A stretch of 64,000 nt of DNA from assembly GCA_038087875.1 (NCBI GenBank), contig CM075992.1, forward strand, positions 7,380,001-7,444,000. Direction: 5' to 3'. Source of the stretch: Malacoraja senta. Lineage: Eukaryota. The translations under genes and the position numbers were made by a program. Below the pieces are notes generated by a model that was not told the DNA's origin, searched no databases, and worked only from the letters and a program-made list of their open reading frames with translations. Every line of letters begins with the position of its first letter. Position 1 is the first letter of the stretch. This document shows, piece after piece, positions 38,904-51,365 of the stretch.

Positions 38904-39447
38904 AGGGGCTGTCCCACTTGGGCGACCTAATTGGCAAGTTCAGAAGACTTTGGAAAAAATGACATGTTGAAGACCTCCTTCGACTATGTAGAAGACCTCC
39001 TTCGACCTCCTTCGACTATGTTGAAGACTAGCGACGACTAACTTCGGGAAAATTGGACACCGAATAGTGGAGAGTGAAGACGACCTCCTTCGATCTCCTT
39101 CGACCTCCCTTCGACTACGATGAAGACTATCTACGACTATCCTCGACTACCCTTGATTACCTACGACTAACATGCCGACCTACTACGACCTATTACGACT
39201 AAACCTACGAGTAAAAAAAGTATCGATTTTTTTCCATGGCGACCTTTTTTTACTCGCAGGCATTTTTTAACATATTGAAAAAACCGCCGCGACCTAGCTG
39301 AGGCCTCGAGTACGCGGAGACCACTTTCGAGCATGAAGGAGAGTTACGAAGACTTCCTACGACCTTTTGTTGACCATGCTGCGAGTATGAGTCGAGGGCA
39401 AACTCGCCAGAACTTGCGGATTAGGTCGCCCAAGTGGGACAGGCCCT
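38904..39447. mobile_element. PIF/Harbinger-type MITE inserted in a CR1/HER1 LINE remnant
   Basis: TAA|AGGGGCTGTCCCACTTGGGCGACCTAA ... TTAGGTCGCCCAAGTGGGACAGGCCCT|TAA; internal CGACCTCCTT/CGACTA repeats. Confidence 0.85.
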
Positions 39448-39934
39448 TAAGAGGGGATGTTTTGCTGCAACTTTACAAAACACTGGTTCAATTGCACTTG
39501 GAGTATTGTATGCCATGCTGGTCGTCACACTATAGGAAGTATGTGATAGCACTGGAGAGAAAGTAAGGGAGATTCATCAAGATATTGCCTGATGAGATGG
39601 CTTTAATTATTGGGAGAGATTGGATAGGTTTGGGCCTGTTTATCTGGAGCAAAGGAGGCTGAGGAGGTGACCTGTTAGAATGAGGAATTGAATGGCATAG
39701 TTAGGGGAGAGAGGTATAATCTTTTACTTCTCATGGTAGAGATATCATAGATAAGAGGGCATAGTTTTAAAGTGGGAGGATGGAATTTTAGAGGAAGTTT
39801 GAGGAGTAAGTTTCTTTACGCTGTGGTTGATAACTGGACATGTCCAGAGGGAGATGGTCAAATTGCACAAATTAAGATGCACTTGGGCAAACGCTAGAAG
39901 CATTACAGTACAATAACCATGAAAATATTTAAAA

Positions 39935-42420
39935 AGATTGCGGATGCCGTAATTCAGAAACAAAAAACAACTACTGAAAACTCTCAGCGGGTCGGGCAGC
40001 ATCTGTGGCAAGGGAAGCTGAATTATCATTTCATGTTGAAAATGCTTTATTAAGGCTGCGAAGGAGAGAGAGGAAAAATGAGTTTGAATTTTCTGAAAAG
40101 GTAGCAGGAGGAATGGATAGGAGCACAAAAGAATATCTGCCATAATCTGAAACCAGGATTGTGGGGATGAGTTTTTAGTAGAGCAGTTAGAAGTGGGCAA
40201 AGGTCCCGATATGTTGTAAACAGCAGGTCGGTGTGTGCTAATGCAGAAGGTGGGGAAAAACAAACAAACACCTGAGCCTATATCACATGCAAAAAAAATG
40301 CAAAAATAGCTGATATAGACAGTTGTGGGTTATTGAAAGATGGAGAAATTGGTATTGCATTCAGAAGACCTCAACAGGCCCAGACAGAAAATGAGACGAT
40401 GTTCCTCAAATTTGCATTGGACCTTTTGGTAACAACGCAGGAGGCCAGCAACGTTAGAGAGAGTGGGAAGGAGAATTAAAGTGAACGGTGGCACGATGGC
40501 GCAGCGGTAGAATTGCTGCCTTACAGCGCCAGGGACCCAGTTTCGATCCACACCATGGGTGCTTGTCTGTATGGAGTTTGTACTTTCTCCACGTGACCAA
40601 CGTGGGTTTTCTCCGGGTGCCACCGGTTTCCTCCCACACTCCCAAGAGGTACAGTTTTAGAAGTTAATTGGCTTGGTATAATTGTAAATTGTCCCTAGTG
40701 TGTGTAGGATAGTGTTAGTGTGGAACAGGCGGAGGATGATGGCTGACTTTAGTGGAGCGTCACAACGGCTGGGAAGGCGGATAAAGGCTGCAGCAGAAAA
40801 GGGTCTCCGGTCGTCTTGGACTCCATGCCACTGGATCCTGACCCAGATCTGTCAAGGACCATGTGGTGGCTGTCTGTGCACCAGTCTCCCCACGTTAAAC
40901 AAAGTCACGCACAGGCATCCTCCATAGAGAGAACAGTCTTACTCATTTTGAGTGATCGCCGATGATGAGTGTTTAGTGTATGGGGATCGCTGGTTGGTGC
41001 GGACCCGGTGGGCAGAAGGGCCTGTTTCCGCGCCGTATCTCGAAAACTAAACTAAACTAAAGAAGCTTGGTGTCTGTAGATTAGTGACTCATGTTATGAG
41101 TCATGCATGTGTAGTTACGCTCACTAGCTTTTCAGTTATCGCAGTCTGCTGCATTCCTTTAGTATAAGTAGAACACGTAAGAGAGAAGTTGTGTTTGCTG
41201 TGTAGTTAATAAAGCCTATGAATCCTTATCATGGTGTGAGGTTGCTGTTATTATAAGGACATCAATCGACAGAGTTTTCCATACGCAGGGCACCGTTTGT
41301 GAATTGCAATATGTGAACCCCCACAGTTAAAGCAATTAGCCATCCACCTTGGGTTATTAGCTGGCCCCTGTGACGAGCGAGCAGGAGTTTGATAAGACAA
41401 GCTGGCCGCATTAACTTCACGAGCAGCAGAGTGTCCAAGCGCTTGAATGTGAGCATTAGTTAATTCAGCTATGCGACAGCAGTTTTCAACAGCCGCTAAG
41501 GTCAGGTCAACTTCCCGCAATAATCATTGCGTAATTTATCATTCAATATGCCATGAATTAAGCGATCTCGTACCAAACTGTCTTGAATTTCTCTGAAATC
41601 GCATCGACTGGCGACATGCTTCAGTGCATTAACATATAGCTCAACAGGTTCTCCTTGTTTTTGACACGTTGAAAAAAATTTGTGCCGTTCAATGCTCACA
41701 TTAATTTGTAACTCACATAATTGCCGAGACGGAGATGGTCTCTATCGTACATGTGCTGGTCGTGTTTGCAGGCCGGTCGTGAAGTATGTTTGACTTTCCA
41801 CCAGTCTGTCATCGGTTGTAATACCTGCCTTGTTTAGTTTATGGGTCTGTACTGTTGTTGATTCTTTAAGAGGGGGGGATGTAGATTAGTGACTCATGTT
41901 ATGAATCATGCATGCACTCCTGTGGACTGAATGTGGGTGCTGCACAAGGTGGTCACCCAATCTGCATTTGGAGTCCCCAGTATAGACCTGACTGCAATGT
42001 GAACACTGACTGCAGTATGCTAGTTTCAATGAATGCAAGTGAATCACTGCTTCTCCTAGAAGGACTCTTTCTATGCCTGGATGGTGGACAGAAAGGAAGT
42101 GAAAGAAGGGTGTCGCAACTCGAGCGGTTGAATGGGGAAGCACCATAGCAAGGGGAATGACAAAAAAGTGGTGAAGAGAATAACGGCGGTCTCTTTGAAA
42201 CGTTGAAAGGGAATGGCCAGTGGAATATTACTGAAGCTGGCTGAAATTGTGGAGGATCATGTATTGGAAGTGGAAATGGAAGCTGGAAATCTGGGGATCT
42301 CGACCCTTGCTGTGTTTATGGGGGAAGAAGCTGAGAGCTGAGTTGTTGGAAATAGTTGAGATGCAGTCAAGGGAATTGTCCACCATAGAAGGATGGAAGC
42401 CATGTTCAGGAGAATAATTT
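39935..42420 (-). mobile_element. Decayed Penelope-like element (RT-linker/GIY-YIG part) interrupted by a SINE and an LTR remnant
   Basis: Minus-strand remnants HGFHPSMVDNSL..ISTIS, YCSQCSHCSQVYTGDSKCRLGDHLVQH and EEHRLIFCLGLL..NFS, followed by a degenerate terminal repeat near 39935-40060. Confidence 0.8.
41075..41914. mobile_element. Rearranged Gypsy LTR retrotransposon remnant
   Basis: LTR start TGTAGATTAGTGACTCATGTTATGA at 41075 and again at 41880 after polypurine tract AAGAGGGGGGGA; gag remnant (ERHKFF..Q..GE...RDRLIHGI; CFNCGGSH..CPAYGKLC) on the minus strand at about 41265-41715. Confidence 0.85.
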
Positions 42421-42564
42421 TGTGCCCATGCTGAGCAAAGTATAAATCTTTTAGGAGGCACTGCAGATGCTGGAAAATCGAAGGTAGATAAAAATACTGG
42501 AGAAACTCAGCGGTTGAGGCAGCATCTATGGAGCGAAGGAAATAGGCAACGTTTCGGGTCGAGT

Positions 42565-42592
42565 CTGAAGAAGGGTCTCGACCCGAAACGTT
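42565..42592 (+). ncRNA. Minimal hammerhead ribozyme motif, in a palindromic unit flanked by a 16-bp TSD
   Basis: CTGAAGAAGGGTCTCGACCCGAAACGTT; unit flanked by CAAAGTATAAATCTTT at 42436-42451 and 42657-42672. Confidence 0.7.
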
Positions 42593-42754
42593 GCCTATTT
42601 CCTTCGCTCCATAGATGCTGCCTCACCCGCTGAGTTTCTCCAGCATTTGTGTCTACCAAAGTATAAATCTTTGTGCTTTTTCATTAAAAATGCCCTTTTA
42701 ATTTAAAGTTTGGAAAAAAAAAAGATTGCTTCATAATTGTATTCTGTTTTTCAG

Positions 42755-42842
42755 ATGATGGGAGTAATATTGGGGGCTGGTGTGGCAATCGTGCTGATTG
42801 CCACCACCATTCTCCTTGTTCACAGGCGGTTGCAAGAGAGAA
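42755..42842 (+). CDS. PNPLA6: PNPLA6 transmembrane-helix exon (MMGVILGAGVAIVLIATTILLVHRRLQER)
   Basis: ctgtttttcag| ... |gtaagt; 88 nt, phase 0-1; matches NTE GVMIGAGVAVVV...RRL. Confidence 0.93.
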
Positions 42843-42962
42843 GTAAGTATGATTGCAGTTCCATGGGTATTCTAATGCTGTTGCCCATGTGTTTGTTCTC
42901 AGTCTCTCAGAGTCTGCTCAATGTCCAGGTTGAATTACAGTAGATCACTGTTATTTCATAGT

Positions 42963-43273
42963 ACGGTGGCACAATGGCGCAGCGGGTAGAGTTGCTGCCT
43001 TGCAGCGCCAGAGACTCGGGTTTGGTTCTAACTACGGGTGCTGTCTGATATGGAATTTGTACGTTCTCCCCGTGACCGTGTGGGTTTTCTCTGGGAGCTC
43101 CTCCCACATTCCAAAGACATACAGGTTTGTAGGTTAATTGGCTTGGGTGAAAATTGTTTAAAACATTGTCCCTAGTGTGTAGGATAGTGCTATTGTACAG
43201 TGATTGCTGGTCGGCTTGGACTTGGTGGGCCGAAGGGCCTGTTTCCATGCTGTATCTTTAAACTAAACTAAAC
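42963..43273 (+). mobile_element. HE1-like tRNA-derived SINE (representative of roughly 30 copies, e.g. 2765-3058, 8755-9050, 13960-14265, 28420-28720, 52222-52527, 53720-54023, 61607-61895, 62408-62710, 63686-64000)
   Basis: A-box-like GGTGGCGCAGCGG, B-box-like GGTTCGATCC, conserved central GGGTTTTCTCC...GGTTTCCTCCCAC and a LINE-like 3' tail GGCCGAAGGGCCTGTTTCC..(AAACT)n. Confidence 0.9.
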
Positions 43274-43439
43274 TACTGCACCATCTCCCCCTGTGTTTGC
43301 CTTGAATTGAAACTCATTTTTGCAAGCTGATTAATCAGTATAAATTCAGTGGCCAGAGTCTCCAATTAATGGATAGCATGTCCAGAAGACCACCTACAAG
43401 GGAAAGTTAATCATTAGAACTGAGGATCCTGATCCTGGG

Positions 43440-43740
43440 ATATTTTGCTTGGGTAGCTTACACCCCAGCGGTATGAACATTGACTTCTCTAACTTCAAAT
43501 AGCCCTTGCTTTCCCTCCTTCTCCATCCCCTCCCCCTTCCTAGTTCTGCCACCAGTCTTGCTGTCTCCGACTACATTCTATATCTGTCCCGCCCACTCCC
43601 CTGACATCTGTCTGAAGAAGGGTCTCAACCCGAAACGTCACCCATTCCTTCTCTCCTGAGATGCTGCCTGTCCGGCTGAGTTACTCCAGCATTTTGTCTA
43701 CCTTCAATTTAAACCAGCAGCTGCAATTCTTTCCTACACA
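43440..43740 (+). mobile_element. Penelope-like element 3' end: GIY-YIG endonuclease C-terminus plus hammerhead-bearing terminal repeat
   Basis: 43440-43502 encodes IFCLGSLHPSGMNIDFSNFK*; then a pyrimidine tract, CTGAAGAAGGGTCTCAACCCGAAACGTC at 43612-43639 and the common GATGCTGCC...TTACTCCAGCA tail. Confidence 0.85.
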
Positions 43741-43782
43741 TAATGAGGAGTTAAGTGCTTCCTGGGATTAATGCTAAAATTA

Positions 43783-44091
43783 AGGGGCTGTCCCACTGTA
43801 CGAGCTAATTCAAGAGCTCTCCCGAGTTTAAAAAAAAAAATCAAACTCGTGGTAAGCACGTAGAATGTACGTAGCGGGTACGTCGGACCTCGGGACGTCT
43901 CTTAGCGGCTCGTAACGCTAACGGCAGGTACTCGGGAAACGCAGTAAGCTCGTGAAGATTTTTCAACATGTTGAAAAATGACCACGAGAGCCCCGAGAAC
44001 CTACGAGCGGCTATTACCGTAATTCTCCGAGTTCGAATCGGGGGAAACTCAGGAGAACTCTTGAATTAGCTCGTATAGTGGGACAGCCCCT
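43783..44091. mobile_element. PIF/Harbinger-type MITE (inverted relative of 9521-9840)
   Basis: TTA|AGGGGCTGTCCCACTGTACGAGCTAATTCAAGAG ... CTCTTGAATTAGCTCGTATAGTGGGACAGCCCCT|TTA. Confidence 0.85.
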
Positions 44092-44167
44092 TTAAGGAGA
44101 TGCAAATCATAATTCATCTTTCTGCCCTGCAATTAATTGTTTTTGCGTATTTGTTGCTGCTTCTTAG

Positions 44168-44250
44168 GGATTCAAGCTCAGGAAACTCCCAAATTCAGAT
44201 TCCGAAAACGTGATAAAGTAATGTTCTATGGCCGCAAGATCATGAGAAAG
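44168..44250 (+). CDS. PNPLA6: PNPLA6 exon ([28 protein letters not shown])
   Basis: ttcttag| ... |gtaagc; phase 1-0; diagnostic [18 protein letters not shown] motif. Confidence 0.96.
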
Positions 44251-45360
44251 GTAAGCAGGAGTAGACCTATTGATGGATAATTAATGCATAGTCAATCCCT
44301 GAGTGTGTCTACCAGATATTACTCATCTGCATTATTCAAGTTTCATCCAACATATTTGTGACCAGAAAATTGACTCAAAGTGCTGGAGTAACTCAGCGGG
44401 TCAGGCAGCATCTCTGGAGAAAACGGATGGGTGTCGTTTCAGGACACATCTTCAGACTCTGTGACCAGAGCAGAGTTGTTAGTTTTGGATGAGTCCAGGT
44501 ATTTGTCTAGGCCGAGTGGCCTTTCCCTGCCCGGGAAGTATCTGTGGTGAAATGAACTTATCCGTTATACTTCTGTACAGCAAGATGAGGGAACCCTAAA
44601 CTGAAGTTAGTACTGAACATTGAGACAAATCTTCAGGCATATACAGCAGTTGCCACAGTTTGGATCCAGTGCAGTCGTTCAGGAAGGCAAAGATAAAGCA
44701 CCACTATCAGAGTCCATACTGCATATAACCTCTGCACTAACACTGGCAAATGGATTAAAAATGATGTGTGGACAACAACACAGCAGCCCAAACCTTCTCT
44801 CCAAGTCCCACGGTTGCCCTCTATTGAAGCAGATCACTGAAGACTGAAGCAGTCACAAATTGAAGTCTGAAGCAGGCTTCAGCAGATCAGTTTCAGTTTA
44901 GTTTATTGTCACATGTACTGAGGTACAATGAAGAGGTTTTGTCGCGTGCTAACCAGCCAGTGGAAAGACAATGCATGATTACAATCGAGCCATTCCCAGT
45001 ATACAGATACATGATAAGGGAATGACGTTTAGTGCAAGGTAAAGCCAGTAAAGTCGGATCAAAGATAGTCCGAGAGTCCCCGATGTAGATAGTAGTTCAG
45101 GACTGCTCTCTTTGTACAGTAGGATGGTTCAATAGACAATAGGTGCAGGGGTAGGCCATTCAGCCCTTCAAGCCAGCACTGCCATTCAATGTGATCATGG
45201 CTGATCATCCCTAATCAGAAGGTTAATATGCCTGATAACAGGTTTTGTCAATTCTCAAGGATCTCCGGTATCCAGTAACAAGGGAGTGTTCAAGCAAGAT
45301 GAGCTGTCGATGACAATAAATTCTTACAAACAGCAAACTAGATTATAGAAGATGCAAATG

Positions 45361-45765
45361 AAGATAGACACAAAATGCTAGAGTAACTCAACGGGTCATG
45401 CAGCATCTGTGGAGAAAAGGAATAGGCGATGTTTCAGGTTGAGACCCTTCTTTTGAACATCCATTGTAAAGATTAGGGAACGGGGGCCTGGAAAACGGAC
45501 GTCAGTAAAGAGACAAAGGGCGTGTGAGATGTGTTACACATTGGTGGAGAGGGATTGGACCAGGGGGGATAGGATCGAGTCGAGGTACGTGGAAATTATT
45601 TCAGTGGGGCAGGAGCAGTCAGAAACAATGGGTTTGCCAGGGCAGTTCTGTTTATGGATGTTGGGGAGAAGAATAGTAAAGATGAGGGAATGGCGGCCTG
45701 GGCAACTGAAGTAATTAAAGAGACAAGGGGCATATGAGGTGTCTTGGACATAGGTCGGTACGGAT
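45361..45765 (-). mobile_element. Penelope-like RT fragments adjacent to a terminal repeat
   Basis: LLPNIHKQNCPGKPIVSDCSCPTEIISTYLDSILSPLVQSL and PTYVQDTS motifs. Confidence 0.75.
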
Positions 45766-47068
45766 GCAAAATGATGCACGTTGATATGATATATTTTAAT
45801 TTTAAAACTAATTTTAAAATGTTTACCTGACATTATTGCAATCTGTACATACTTGCTAATGATACATTTTGGTATTTTTCTCTTTGTTCTGTGTGTTAAA
45901 CGTGTTTGGTTTGATTATATTTCCATATAGTATTATCTGATTTGATTGGATAGCATGTAAAACAAAGCTTTTCACTGTACCTCAGCACGTGAGAATAATA
46001 AATCTATTTTTTTTATGGTGAGAGGCTGCTATGCAGTTATTTTGATTCATGCATCATTAAAATTGTGCTCTTCATTTTCTGAAATTTTTTTTGCTCCTTT
46101 TTTAAAAAGAGAGAGAAATTGCACCTACTATCAAAGATTTCCACTTTTAAGAATGTTTTGAAAACTATTTAAAAATTCCTTATGAGTAGATGTAAATTCT
46201 CATTAGGTCATTGATTGCTGAGTGTTTTGCCAGTGAAAGTTGCAGACATAACTCCCAGTGGAAGAGCAGGGAATCACAGGCAGCAGCTTAAAGCTCTTTG
46301 CATTTCCCTGGATATGGTTCGCACTCCAGAAGTCTCTTATCACTTCTGCGCTGTAATAAGCCTGCAGTTTTATTGTTACTAAGGTAACAGAATCTGGACT
46401 GTTGTGTGCTATCAAACATTGGAAAGTTGTTCTTCTATTATGTTGAACAACGTAGAACCAAGAACAGTACAGCATAGGAACAGGCGCTATGGCCCTTGGC
46501 ATCCCTGCTGAAGAAGGGTCTCGACCCAAAACGTCACCCATTCCTTCTATCTGGAGATGTTGCCTGTCCCTTTACTCCAGCATTTTATGTCTATCTTATG
46601 AGTTAAATTAATCTTTTGCCTATACATGATCCCTACCCATTCATTCCCTTCATATCCATATGCCCATGTAAAAACTTGTTAAACATTACAATTGCATCTG
46701 CTTCCACTATGACCTTTGGCACTCACCATTCTGTATTTAAAAATAAAATCTTGCCCTGCACATCTCCTTTAAATTTCCCCCTTCTGACTTTAAAGCTGTG
46801 CACTCTAGTCTTTGATATTTCCACACTGGGATGTTGCAAGATTTATTAAGTTGACCTCCCCATTCACAGTAAGTCATACTGACCTGGTCGAAGAAAACCA
46901 GAGTCATGTTCTTTGTGCTTGATTGCAGTAAAATTGCTCTTTTCAAAGGTTCCAAAAATAGGACTAAACCTGAGTATTGGCTGCTCAAATTTTAAAATGT
47001 GTGAACATTTTGCATGTTGTTTCACTCTATATTTATGATGTTTCGTGCTTGTGCTTGTCTGTTTCTAG

Positions 47069-47154
47069 GTGTCCCAATCCACATCTTCCTTTGTTGGAAC
47101 ATCGATAAGACAAAAGTTCAAAAGGAAACAAAAAATGCTGATCATTGCAAAACG
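47069..47154 (+). CDS. PNPLA6: PNPLA6 exon (VSQSTSSFVGTSIRQKFKRKQKMLIIAK)
   Basis: gtttctag| ... |gtacag; phase 0-2; VSQSTSS is PNPLA6-type. Confidence 0.93.
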
Positions 47155-49192
47155 GTACAGTCTCCTCCATACTCTCTGTATATAGATTGTCAGTAAGGAG
47201 TAATCTTGCACAATAATCTTGTGCACTAAGGACATGGCAATGTGATGATCGTGGTACTGAGTTAACAACTTGCTTCAGGGAATTCTGCTGCATGGCAAGT
47301 TGTGAATCTAAATTCTGTCAATTGGTGACCTGATAGCAAAAAGAGCGAGGAACCTCATATTTATCTTAAATGACCTAACTAGTTCTTTAATGTCAGGCAA
47401 CATTGGTAGTAAATGTACTTTTACCAACATCGGCTGTATCTTGAAACCAATTTAAGAAAAAACCACGATAAAAAGTTAATCATTTGACTATTTTCCAAAC
47501 AATTAAGGTTTTCGGCCCACTGCTCCAAACTAATAAAATTCTACCTTTTCTTTTAAGAAAGAACTGCAGATGCGGGAAAAATCGAAGGTAGACAGAAATG
47601 CTGGAGAAACTCAGTGGGTGAGGCAGCATCTATGGAGCGAAGGAATAGGTGACTTTTCGGGTCGAGACCCTTCTTCAGAAGAAGGGTCTCGACCTGAAAC
47701 GTCACCTATTCCTTCGCTCCATAGATGCTGCCTCACCCACTGATTTTCTCCAGCATTTTTGTCTCCCTACCTTTTATTTTCTTCTCTCTTGGTCTCCTTG
47801 CACTGGAGAGGATGGAAAGGAGAATGTTGATAGGACCAGACATCTTTAATGATGGGCTAAGATTCTTTTCATTGGAGTAAGATCCTTCTTAGGAGAGAAT
47901 TGATTGTGGTGTAAATAATTGAAAGATTTACATAGTGTAAATAAAACAACTGTTTTCTTTGGCAGAGGAGTTAAAATACATAGGAAATAGATCCAAAGTA
48001 TTTGGTAGGATTGGAGGGGAGATCAGATTGTACCTTTGCTAGAAAATGGTAGAAAACTTAAACTCACTGCTGAAAGGAATGGTGGAGGCAGACACTCTGT
48101 AAACATTAGATAGACACAAAAAGCTGGAGTAACTCAGCGGGACAGGCAGCATCTCTAGAGAGAAGGAACGGGTGACGCTTCAGGTTGAGACCCTTCTTCA
48201 GGCAAGACGGAACAAGAAGTGTTTATATTGGGCTTATTTGCTTAGTTTCTGGTGCATTGTGCTAACGTTTGCAGCACAATACTTAGGGTGGACTTTTCAT
48301 CATAGTATCCACTATACAAATATGGCGTGTGTTGTTTGGAATCTCTTTATTGATTCCCCAAGCCTTTTGCCTTGTCTTGAACTCTCATCTTTCCGTATAT
48401 CGAGATAGAGATATAGACACAGCAAGGAAACAGGCCCTTTGGGCCATTGAGTCCATGCCGACCTATTTGCAGTAGTTCTATGTTATCCTAATTTCTCATC
48501 CGTTCCTTACATATTCTTACATCTGGCGCAGCACAGTGGCGTAGCGGTAGAGCTACTGCCTTACAGCGTCAGAGACCCGGGTTCAATCCTGACTATGGAT
48601 GCTGTCTGTACATCTGAAGAAGGGTCTTGACCTGAAACGTCAACCATTCCTTCTCTCCAGCGATGCTGCCTGTCCAGCTGAGTTACTCCAGCTTTTTGTG
48701 TCTATCTTAAACCAGCATCTGCAATTCCTTCCTACATTCCTGATTGCTTGGCTTAGGTATTGCATGTTAGGGTGGCAACAATCAGAGATTGCTTGAGAAG
48801 CAGTTGAGAAAATGAATGGTCCAGGGTCATCACTTAGAAAACTCACTAAGCTTAGAAACATAGAAAATAGGTGCTGGAGAAGGCCATTCGGCCCTTCGAG
48901 CCAGCACCGCCATTCATTGTGATCATGGCTGATCGTCCCCAATCAATAACCCATGGAAACATAGAAAATGTTGCAGCTACATGCTGCAGTTGTAGAAACA
49001 AAGAACTGCAGATGCTGGTTTACGCACAAAAGGACACAAAGTGCTGGAGTAACAGTAGGTGAGGCCGCATCCCTGGATAACATGGATAAGTGACCTATTC
49101 GTCACCTATCTATGCTGCCTGACTTACTTCAGCACTTTGTCCATCTGCAGTACTTCTGTTTTACTGTCATTTGTAACAAGCTGCTGTCTCTA

Positions 49193-49965
49193 TGTGTTCT
49201 GAATGGTGGCCGATTAGGAAAAGGGGAGATGCAACGAGACCTGGGTGTCATGGTACACCAGTCATTAAAAGTAGGCATGCAGGTGCAGCAGGCAGTGAAG
49301 AAGGCGAATGGTATGTTAGCATTCATAGCAAAAGGATTTGAGTATAGGAGCAGGGAGGATCTACTGCAGTTGTACAGGGTCTTGGTGAGACCACACCTGG
49401 AGTATTGCATACAGTTTTGGTCTCCTAATCTGAGGAAAGACATTCTTGCCATAGAGGGAGTACAGAGAAGGTTCACCAGACTGATTTCTGGGATGTCAGG
49501 ACTTTCATATGAAGAAAGACTGGATAGACTCGGTTTGTACTCGCTAGAATTTAGAAGATTAAGGGGGGATCTTATAGAAACGTACAAAATTCTTAAGGGG
49601 TTGGACAGGCTAGATGCAGGAAGATTGTTCCCGATGTTGGGGAAGTCCAGAACAAGGGGTCACAGTTTAAGGATAAGGGGGAATTCTTTTAGGACCGAGA
49701 TGAGGAAAACATTTTTCACACAGAGAGTGGTGAATCTCTGGTATTCTCTGCCACAGAAGGTAGTTGAGGCCAGTTCATTGGCTATATTTAAGAGGGAGTT
49801 AGATGTGGCCCTTGTGGCTAAAGGGATCAGGGGGTATGGAGAGAAAGCAGGTACAGGATGCTGAGTTGGATGATCAGCCATGATCATATCGAATGTCGGT
49901 GCAGGCTCGAAGGGCCGAATGGCCTACTCCTGCACCTATTTTCTATGTTTCTATGTTTCTATGTT
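49193..49965 (+). mobile_element. CR1/HER1-type LINE, 5'-truncated, young copy
   Basis: Open RT C-terminus (QRDLGV...RPHLEYC.QFWSP...RRLRGDLIETYKI...VNLWxSLP), 3' UTR GGCTCGAAGGGCCGAATGGCCTACTCC and (TTTCTATG)n tail. Confidence 0.93.
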
Positions 49966-51224
49966 CTTGTATTAAAAGGATCACAATGAATGTGTAGCTT
50001 TCTTCTGATATCGACAATGTTAAAATTAAATTGCAAAACACCTATTAAAATGTTTATCAAAAAAACAGTATTAATTAATAACCGTGTAAGAAGGAACAGC
50101 AGATGCTGGTTTACACCAAAGATGTCAGACACAAATCGCTGGAGTAACTCAGCAGGACTGTCCCGCTGAGTTACTCCAGCATTTTGTTTCTGTCTTAATT
50201 AACAGCAGTATGTTCTTAGCTTTATGAATGAATGAATGAATAAGTTTATTGGCCAAGTATTCACATACAAGGAATTTGCCTTGGTGCTCCGCCCGCAAGT
50301 GACGGCATGACATACAGTGACAGTTAAGAATGATACATACAACATTAAACATTAATAATAGAACATTATTGATTAAACATTGAATTAAATAAAATACCAG
50401 AGCAAAAGGAGGCTACGAAAGGAGCAACAAAAAAAAGCTGTCCAAGGGAGTGTCTACCTTGTGTTTTTTTTTCACACCCATTGATTCTTGTTTCTCCTCT
50501 TTTTGTTTGAAGTATTTTAAACTTGATGCTTGGGCAACTTGTGCTTAAATCCACTTGAGTTAATGCTACCAAGACAGTGATGCAGAGCGTTGCTGCTGAT
50601 AATCTAGCTTTGACCCGATGTAACCGGGAGGCGTTGTGACTATCAGGGATTTTGATTTAAGCGTAGTATGTCACACCTGACTCTGGTTCCACATGTTGAT
50701 TGGTATAAGGTCGGTGAGCTTAGTATAATACCTGATGTGAATTGTCAGTGATTTGCTTGCCCAGTAACCCTGCTCCCTTGGACAGCTTTATTGGTTGGAA
50801 ACTCTTTCTTTCATCCCCGTTCCCTCTTCCCACCCTCCCTTTTTTTGATGCCGGGACTGGTTACGGAGGATGCCTTTCACGTGAGCTAGGATATTGGATA
50901 GTTAGTCTTTCTTACAGTGCAAGTGGTTTCTGTAATGACTTGCCGAGTATCATTGCTTTTGTAGAAAACATTTCCACCTTGTGCCTGCTTCAGAGAATAG
51001 CATCAATGTAGATGTGGAAATTCCAAATGATCGAACAATATTTAAGTATGGTTAACACTATACTTGTATTTTGTGTGTAAGTGCTGTACATCATTGCATT
51101 GTTACGCGAGTTGATGCGCTTTATCTGCCTGTCTCTGTTTGCCCCCTTTGAGTCCCTATTTCTTTTCCTGTGTGCTTCTCTCCAATTCCTTTAAGCGTAC
51201 GTATGTCTTTTGTCATTTCCACAG

Positions 51225-51365
51225 GTTCTTGCACATTGTTAAGGATCTTCCAACCCTACAGCCAAAGGAGCCCCCACCCTCCGTTCTCGAGGCAGATTTA
51301 ACTGAATTTGACGTTGCCAGCTCACACTTGCCTTTGGAAGTACTGTACATGCTGAAAAACGTCAG
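51225..51365 (+). CDS. PNPLA6: PNPLA6 exon ([46 protein letters not shown])
   Basis: tttccacag| ... |gtgagt; 141 nt, phase 2-2; conserved KEPPPxVLEADL...[10 protein letters not shown]. Confidence 0.96.

Noticed and set aside
49112..49864. 250-aa ORF as a host gene
   Set aside because: It is the RT C-terminus of a 5'-truncated CR1/HER1 LINE.
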